From: Eubacteriales bacterium
Lineage (GTDB): Bacteria > Bacillota > Clostridia > Christensenellales > CAG-138
Length of the DNA: 64,000 nucleotides
Assembly (NCBI GenBank): GCA_034933205.1
Contig: JAYFNY010000012.1
Coordinates: 10,671-74,670 of the forward strand
Direction: 5' to 3'
Positions 58,952 through 64,000 of this stretch are shown in pieces. Numbering within the stretch: the first letter of the stretch is position 1; each line of letters starts with the position of its first letter. Position numbers and translations under genes: made by a program. A model generated the notes under the pieces. It was not told the DNA's origin. It was given only the letters and a program-made list of their open reading frames with translations, and made no database searches.

Positions 58952-59374
58952 TTATACGATGCACGTGATGTCATAGGAGCTCACGTCATACGTTTTGTAA
59001 TCTTGAAATCCTTCTTCTGCATATACAAGTCTGGTGCCGTCAAAGGTACCTGGCCAGAGAATTCCAAAAGGTTTTGCTTTGCAGGTATTCACCATCATCG
59101 TCATCACATCAACTTTGTAGTCCGGATTGAAAAGTACATCAAAATCTTTCAACACTACTCCATCCGGGAGCTTCGATAGTATATCTGCAAAACAGCGTTC
59201 GATTTGCATTGTCCGTCGCTTTGGTTTAATTGCCTTTAGCGCCTGTGCCAATTCAAGATCTATCGCCACAGCATGCTCTGTTACGCCTGCATACGGACAG
59301 CAATAAACAATTGGTTTTAAGAGCCCGGCTTGATTCTGTGGAGAAAAATTCCGGGCCGTAATAATTACGCCCAT
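58952..59374 (-). CDS. BrxF/BrxB-like small BREX accessory protein (no Walker A visible)
   Basis: 140 aa immediately upstream of brxC. The C-terminal ILWPGTFDGTRLVYAEEGFQDYKTY recalls the PG.Y.G..L.LF...NYYRAF tail of BrxB-type proteins. The call is mostly positional. Confidence 0.45.
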   Translation of the reverse strand: MGVIITARNFSPQNQAGLLKPIVYCCPYAGVTEHAVAIDLELAQALKAIKPKRRTMQIERCFADILSKLPDGVVLKDFDVLFNPDYKVDVMTMMVNTCKAKPFGILWPGTFDGTRLVYAEEGFQDYKTYDVSSYDITCIV

Positions 59375-59404
59375 ACTAATCTTATTCCTTTCGCTGTACC
59401 ATAA

Positions 59405-59617
59405 TCAGGACTCGTCATCTTGAATTGTCTCCATTATGTCCTCTAAATGGCAATTCATAGATTCGCAGATTTTTATCAGAACATCAGTAGTAATATTTTC
59501 ACCTTTACCAAGCTTAGCGATTGAAGCTGAACTGATTCCAGCTTGTTCTTTCAAATCACTTTTTTTCATGCCTTTATCTATTAGCATTTTCCACAGCTTG
59601 TTATAACTGATTCGCAT
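59405..59617 (-). CDS. XRE-family helix-turn-helix protein (70 aa)
   Basis: KKSDLKEQAGISSASIAKLGKGENITTDVLIKIC is a classic HTH_3/YozG-like pattern. AAGGAG RBS overlaps the ATPase stop. Confidence 0.85.
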   Translation of the reverse strand: MRISYNKLWKMLIDKGMKKSDLKEQAGISSASIAKLGKGENITTDVLIKICESMNCHLEDIMETIQDDES

Positions 59618-59628
59618 TTTTTTCTCCT

Positions 59629-61929
59629 TTACTGATTTCCCATCATCATGTCATAGTGCTGTTTCTGTTCCATTAACACAAATACAAGCCTAAAGGTTTC
59701 TTTTGTTTGGTCTACATCTACACAGTCATCTACAAAATTGATGCCGTCATTGATTCCTACAGAATTCGCACAGATGTAAGATAGCATTGCATGTGCCATT
59801 TGGTATTGTGTATAATCCTCTTTGCCGTTGGCATCTGTTGTAATGAACTTATCCTTGTTATCGATCAGAATACGCTTTCGAAGCGTCACACCGTCGTATC
59901 CGCAAAGCTGTAGAAAATAATATTCCAGTATTCGCCTAATAACATTCATCAGAGGAATCGGTGCATTAATTTCTTTATATTCCTCCCATAGAGCGGCATA
60001 CGAATTCTGTACCGGATTGTAGTTTATTTCTTCGGTCATTATTTCCGGATTGACTTTCGTGCAAAGCTTGATAGAGGACTTATTGTCAATCTTGCTGATC
60101 AAATAGAAATTCACAAACAAATAATTTTTAACCTGATTGTATGTGATTTCCCTATGAAAGTAAGCATTATGTGTCAATATAAAGATTTGTTTAATGTAAT
60201 CTGCCTTTGCGACCGGATCAACACCGATTGCGTTATTCTCGCAAATCTGAATCATCTCTCTGACTAAGGCACTCACAATAAATAAGGCACTGCTGTCCAT
60301 ACTGGACACGGGATCATCGATTACAACAATCTTATCGAGCTGGCTCCCATCTGGATTATCACTGCCCTTAACCTGATGATAAAAATACAGAAATGCTATA
60401 AAGTTTCTTTCACCCTCACTTAGATTTTCTGCAATATTTCCGTCCGGCCTAACAACCTCATATACATTTGGCGTTCCTTCTTTTTCCCGGATACTAAAGC
60501 CTTGGAAACCAGAATCTCGAAGCAGTACATTTACGCTCTCAATTGTTGCGGTTGTATTTACACAGTCTTTATTGAGCTCAGCGATTTCACGTGTGAGTGC
60601 ACCGATTGCTGTCCGCTGTGTTGAAATTTCCGTAATCAGCTTAGAGATTTCGTCCTCCAATAAGGCCTTACTGGTTTTATACCGGCTAACCTGATCAGCC
60701 AAAAGAAAAGCAAAATGTTCCCAGACAGCAGTTCTACATTCTGCTTGCTTTTTTGGTTTTGCATCGAGGACGCTATTATTTTCTTTGATGAGCGTGTTAA
60801 AACCATCAATGATATTCTCCAATTCGCTTAGCATTGATGCGACATCTTCGATTTCCACAAGCTCAGCTGGCTCATCAATTTTTTCTTTTATCTTTTGCAG
60901 GTTTGTCGAGATAACACCTTTTATGGCTGCTACTTTATCAGTGAAAGGCGTAATGTCCATGCCCGGTTTCAACACCGCAGGCGGCTTGAGCAATGGTGCT
61001 ACTATCTCATTCGCTTCATTTCTATAGGCTTCATAATAATCTGCCAAGGCCTGCTTTGCTTCCTGATAACTGGAGTCGAAGCAAGCCTTTAGATCATCTT
61101 CAAAGCTAAGCGGCATAGGCTGCTGACAATACGGGCATGTATCTTTTGCTGCCTCATGAAATTGTTTGTGGCCCTGCTGTACCCAACTGGCCGCATTTAT
61201 TTTTTTCAAGAACTGCGCAAAAGGCGTGTCTGCACTACTTACGATTCTTTTTCCGAGAATATCTCTGCCTTCAAGTTCATCCAGCGCTGCTGTATTTATA
61301 ATGGAAGGAAAAAGCTCATATTTTTTTGCGTCGTCAGAATAGGCTACAGCATAGAGGCGGTGCAAAGCTTCCACATCATGTTCTTTGGGCGTCCTTACTT
61401 CGAGTACCCCTTCTGCAAAGGATTTCTTTTGCATCCGGTTCGTTTGTGTTTTCTTGAACTCTGCTCGCAAGTTTGCGGTTTTCTCCCAACACTCCTGCTG
61501 GAACCGCTCCAATGCCTCTTGCAGCGCAGCGGCCTTTTTCGTTTTCGCTTCGCCTGCTTCTGAGAAGGCAGTTGATGCCTTTTCCTTTTGAATCTGCTTC
61601 TCATCGACCTTTGCCTGAATAGTGACATTTACCTCATTCACGGTAAACACGCCTGGAAGGTTATGATAGTTGGGAAGATTAGCACTAATGTAATCCTGAT
61701 TATAAACATGCACTTTATAATCGGATACCGAACGACCGGGCTGCCACTCCACGCCACGATCAACTTTTATCGCTTTGCCAATGGTCGATTTGCCCGTACC
61801 ATTGTTTCCAAAAAAGAAATTCACATAAGTCGGCACAATCGATACCCCGCAACCTTTGTAGGAGGCATCGTTCATGTCCAATTTTACAATTTCAGATGTC
61901 AGTTTGTCTCTCATGCTTTCACCTCCCAT
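59629..61929 (-). CDS. Coiled-coil ABC ATPase of the PrrC/RloC (AAA_13-like) type
   Basis: ABC motifs in order:
- Walker A GNNGTGKST (aa 41-49)
- ~400-aa helical insert with CPYC (aa 265-268)
- signature LSEGERNF (503)
- Walker B KIVVIDDP (533-540)
- H-loop ILTHN (584-588)

The C-terminal ~170 aa carry NVIRRILEYYF. Confidence 0.8.
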   Translation of the reverse strand: MGGESMRDKLTSEIVKLDMNDASYKGCGVSIVPTYVNFFFGNNGTGKSTIGKAIKVDRGVEWQPGRSVSDYKVHVYNQDYISANLPNYHNLPGVFTVNEVNVTIQAKVDEKQIQKEKASTAFSEAGEAKTKKAAALQEALERFQQECWEKTANLRAEFKKTQTNRMQKKSFAEGVLEVRTPKEHDVEALHRLYAVAYSDDAKKYELFPSIINTAALDELEGRDILGKRIVSSADTPFAQFLKKINAASWVQQGHKQFHEAAKDTCPYCQQPMPLSFEDDLKACFDSSYQEAKQALADYYEAYRNEANEIVAPLLKPPAVLKPGMDITPFTDKVAAIKGVISTNLQKIKEKIDEPAELVEIEDVASMLSELENIIDGFNTLIKENNSVLDAKPKKQAECRTAVWEHFAFLLADQVSRYKTSKALLEDEISKLITEISTQRTAIGALTREIAELNKDCVNTTATIESVNVLLRDSGFQGFSIREKEGTPNVYEVVRPDGNIAENLSEGERNFIAFLYFYHQVKGSDNPDGSQLDKIVVIDDPVSSMDSSALFIVSALVREMIQICENNAIGVDPVAKADYIKQIFILTHNAYFHREITYNQVKNYLFVNFYLISKIDNKSSIKLCTKVNPEIMTEEINYNPVQNSYAALWEEYKEINAPIPLMNVIRRILEYYFLQLCGYDGVTLRKRILIDNKDKFITTDANGKEDYTQYQMAHAMLSYICANSVGINDGINFVDDCVDVDQTKETFRLVFVLMEQKQHYDMMMGNQ

Positions 61930-62564
61930 CAGAAGCCAAACAGGGAAATCTTCGCATCAGCCAATTCTTCCTTTAGATTGATGTGCTTAATTGCCCAATG
62001 CGTATGATTCATTTCTGATATGCCTCTCGTCATATCTAACATGCCAAGTTCAAAACCAATATTGCTTATTTGCTGCATGGGAATGGGCCACAGTAACTGA
62101 CATCGTATTTTGACTCCGTTATCCTGCTTTCTTATTCCATCAACAAAGCCAAAGAATACTTGCTGATTTTCTCCAGCCCTTGCATGTTGAAATTCTGCCT
62201 CTGGCATGAACAGCGCTGGAAAGGTTTTCATTGCCTCAACTGCAGTCTCAGACAAAGTGCCATACCGTTCCCGAAGCTCCTCTGATGTCCAATATCTCGA
62301 TAACGCACGATCTGCTGGAACTATGAAATGATCATATTCAAAAGTCTCATCACCAATCACAAATAAATTGTAATATTCTGGATTGATGACTCGGCTGGTC
62401 GGCTGCATGGTTCCATTTGCCATTCTCTGCACATATGGAAAATTTATGTTTATATTCTGTGTTACATTTTCAGCTGTATCAATATGTACATTTTTCTCGC
62501 CATACTGATTTACTGTTTTTGCCGGTAAGCCAACACCAGCTATCGTTTGTATTTCATCTTTCAT
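61929..62564 (-). CDS. Hypothetical protein (211 aa), middle gene of the ATPase cassette
   Basis: GGAGGTG RBS. Its stop overlaps the ATPase start (TGATG). Contains VNQYGEKNVHI near the N-terminus and EMNHTHWAIKHINL near the C-terminus. No family recognised. Confidence 0.6.
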   Translation of the reverse strand: MKDEIQTIAGVGLPAKTVNQYGEKNVHIDTAENVTQNININFPYVQRMANGTMQPTSRVINPEYYNLFVIGDETFEYDHFIVPADRALSRYWTSEELRERYGTLSETAVEAMKTFPALFMPEAEFQHARAGENQQVFFGFVDGIRKQDNGVKIRCQLLWPIPMQQISNIGFELGMLDMTRGISEMNHTHWAIKHINLKEELADAKISLFGF

Positions 62565-62578
62565 AGGCTCACCTCCGC

Positions 62579-63721
62579 TCAGAGCTTCAAATTATCAACA
62601 TGTTCAATATGAACATTCTTTTCACCGTACTGATTTACAATAGTCGGATTGTTGATTATTTGAGTTCTTACACCATCTCCTGCTGCATCTGCGGCACCTG
62701 ATGATTCTTCGTCCACAGTCTCTGCTTCCACTGGCTCTGCCTCATCCTGCTTTGCCTCCTCTGGAATTGGATACAACCTTCTATATAATTCTGCCATTGC
62801 AAGCCTTAATTCATGTGATTTCGGTTGGAGAACATTTCTTAGACGGTCACCATCTTCGGCCGATTCATTTCTAAACCACAATCTATCCGTGCCAGGTATC
62901 AGACGCAAAAACTCATCAGACACATAATAGGAGTACTCTTCCATAGTTTGTGTCATATCGATTACAAGCTGACGGAAAGCGATATCCTCAATCTCGCGCA
63001 GGTCGTACTGCCACTTCCGATGCACGCTGTGCAATTCATCTGCCAGACTAATTTTTGTCTGTTGTGCTGCAGGATCGTTATCTATACAGTATTTCAAAAG
63101 TCCTTTTACATCTTTTTTGAATTGACAAAGTAATCCCTTATCTGCATCCGAAAGTAGACCCGGCTTTAATACCGGGATGCTTTTTGCTTTAGCAGTCTGT
63201 TCTTGTTCCTCCGTCAATCCATTCACAGCCCCGGCCCAGGCCTTTGCCATCGCTTCCCCAGAGGCGAGAATTTTTGCAGTCAATTTATCATGCGCGGATG
63301 TAGTCGTTTCCTCGCTTGTTTTCTTTTTGCTCGCAGCCTTTGGCTTTGCCATAGCAGCTTCATAAATAATAGAAGCAAACAACTCTGCCAGTTTCTGACT
63401 CGCATTATATGGTGTGATATTCGGAATGGCTTCTTCAAATAAACTACAGAGTCCTTGAACAGCATTATCCGGGAAAGAATCAATATATTCTTCAAACGCT
63501 GACGTCTCCACGTTGGCGTTTATTTTTTTTGCTGTTTTCGTGATGTTGTTTGTTCCATTGTAGTAGGCCTTGAAAGTCGAAGGCTTTAATTCCTGAATCG
63601 GATTCAAAGCTTCATCCTCATAAACAACGATGGTATCAAGCAGTGTGCGAGCGAAGGCACTTGTGTTACTACCGGAGCCAATCACTGAATATACGCGCTG
63701 AGCGAAGTCACAAAACACCAT
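62579..63721 (-). CDS. Hypothetical protein (380 aa), first gene of the ATPase cassette
   Basis: ATG at 63721 lies 11 nt after GGAGG. Helical N- and C-domains are joined by a Lys/Thr/Ala-rich linker, followed by an acidic tail that ends in VNQYGEKNVHIEHVDNLKL. No family recognised. Confidence 0.6.
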   Translation of the reverse strand: MVFCDFAQRVYSVIGSGSNTSAFARTLLDTIVVYEDEALNPIQELKPSTFKAYYNGTNNITKTAKKINANVETSAFEEYIDSFPDNAVQGLCSLFEEAIPNITPYNASQKLAELFASIIYEAAMAKPKAASKKKTSEETTTSAHDKLTAKILASGEAMAKAWAGAVNGLTEEQEQTAKAKSIPVLKPGLLSDADKGLLCQFKKDVKGLLKYCIDNDPAAQQTKISLADELHSVHRKWQYDLREIEDIAFRQLVIDMTQTMEEYSYYVSDEFLRLIPGTDRLWFRNESAEDGDRLRNVLQPKSHELRLAMAELYRRLYPIPEEAKQDEAEPVEAETVDEESSGAADAAGDGVRTQIINNPTIVNQYGEKNVHIEHVDNLKL

Positions 63722-63736
63722 TGCCAAAAGCACCTC

Positions 63737-63782
63737 CGTATCCGTTCATATCCGAACATATCCACCGGTACCCAAACGTACC
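63737..63782 (-). promoter_or_regulatory. Candidate operator: three 10-bp-phased direct repeats plus an adjacent inverted repeat, just upstream of the cassette RBS
   Basis: The plus strand reads GTATCCG-TTC-ATATCCG-AAC-ATATCCA, with repeat starts at 63738, 63748 and 63758. GGTACCCAAACGTACC follows (GGTAC/GTACC arms). Confidence 0.35.
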
Positions 63783-63867
63783 AGCCTGATTTTCTATACT
63801 TAATTTCAGAAGCAGCAAACCACTGCTTTCTGACAAAACGTATTTTTTAAGACAAATGCACTTTTTA

Positions 63868-63876
63868 ATTATAGCA
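63868..63876 (-). promoter_or_regulatory. Possible extended -10 element (TGCTATAAT) for the minus-strand array
   Basis: The minus strand reads TGC-TATAAT about 145 nt upstream of the first start codon. No good -35 was seen. Confidence 0.3.
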
Positions 63877-64000
63877 CATTGTAATGCATTTTTCTACTGT
63901 TTGCGTGAATATTTACATCGCGTTCGCAAATATTTTATCGCTAATTTGAATTATTGCTTTTGCATTCTTGTCCTAAGCATGACATAAAACTACTTTTCCT

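Noticed and set aside
63521-63532. A8/T8 homopolymer inside gene 1 of the cassette as a phase-variation switch
   Set aside because: A single 8-nt run that encodes Lys-Lys in AT-rich DNA is common. The sequence gives no evidence of length variation.

Overview
The window splits into two parts with different composition. Positions 1 to about 45,600 are GC-rich, densely coded chromosome of a Firmicutes/Clostridia type, judged from GGAGG ribosome-binding sites (RBS) and gene content. This part carries housekeeping and accessory metabolism genes:
- rplM-rpsI, rpsU, nrdR, ppdK and tdk
- a nucleoside-salvage block: secreted 5'-nucleotidase, a deoxyribosyltransferase-like gene, tdk and a BMP-family ABC importer
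- a TlpA / CXXC-peptide / 4Fe-4S membrane-protein trio
- an AmmeMemoRadiSam pair
- a large Big_2/SH3 surface protein
- a run of five GNAT acetyltransferases mixed with VOC, DUF1697, kinase-like and GGDEF genes

From about 45,600 to the window end the DNA is visibly more AT-rich. Every gene there lies on the minus strand in one tightly packed array that reads as a defense island. In transcription order (high to low coordinates) it contains:
1. Two proteins with no recognisable family (380 and 211 aa), translationally coupled to a 766-aa coiled-coil ABC ATPase. The ATPase has a CxxC hook and a PrrC/RloC-like C-terminal region.
2. A 70-aa XRE-type helix-turn-helix (HTH) protein.
3. A BREX type 3 gene set in canonical order: brxF-like, brxC, pglXI, brxHII, pglZ, brxA.
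4. A RhuM-family gene.

The BREX set looks perturbed in two ways. brxC appears split by about 1.4 kb that carries a ClC-type channel gene with its own promoter. The SNF2-type BrxHII lacks the whole DExH/motif II-III segment.

The three-gene ATPase cassette is my best candidate for an undescribed or poorly described system. Its two unknown partners share an 11-residue peptide whose DNA copies differ only at synonymous positions.

All calls come from reading the translated ORFs and the DNA by eye. No database search was run, so family names are recollection-based and start codons are approximate. No rRNA, tRNA, CRISPR array or transposase was recognised.
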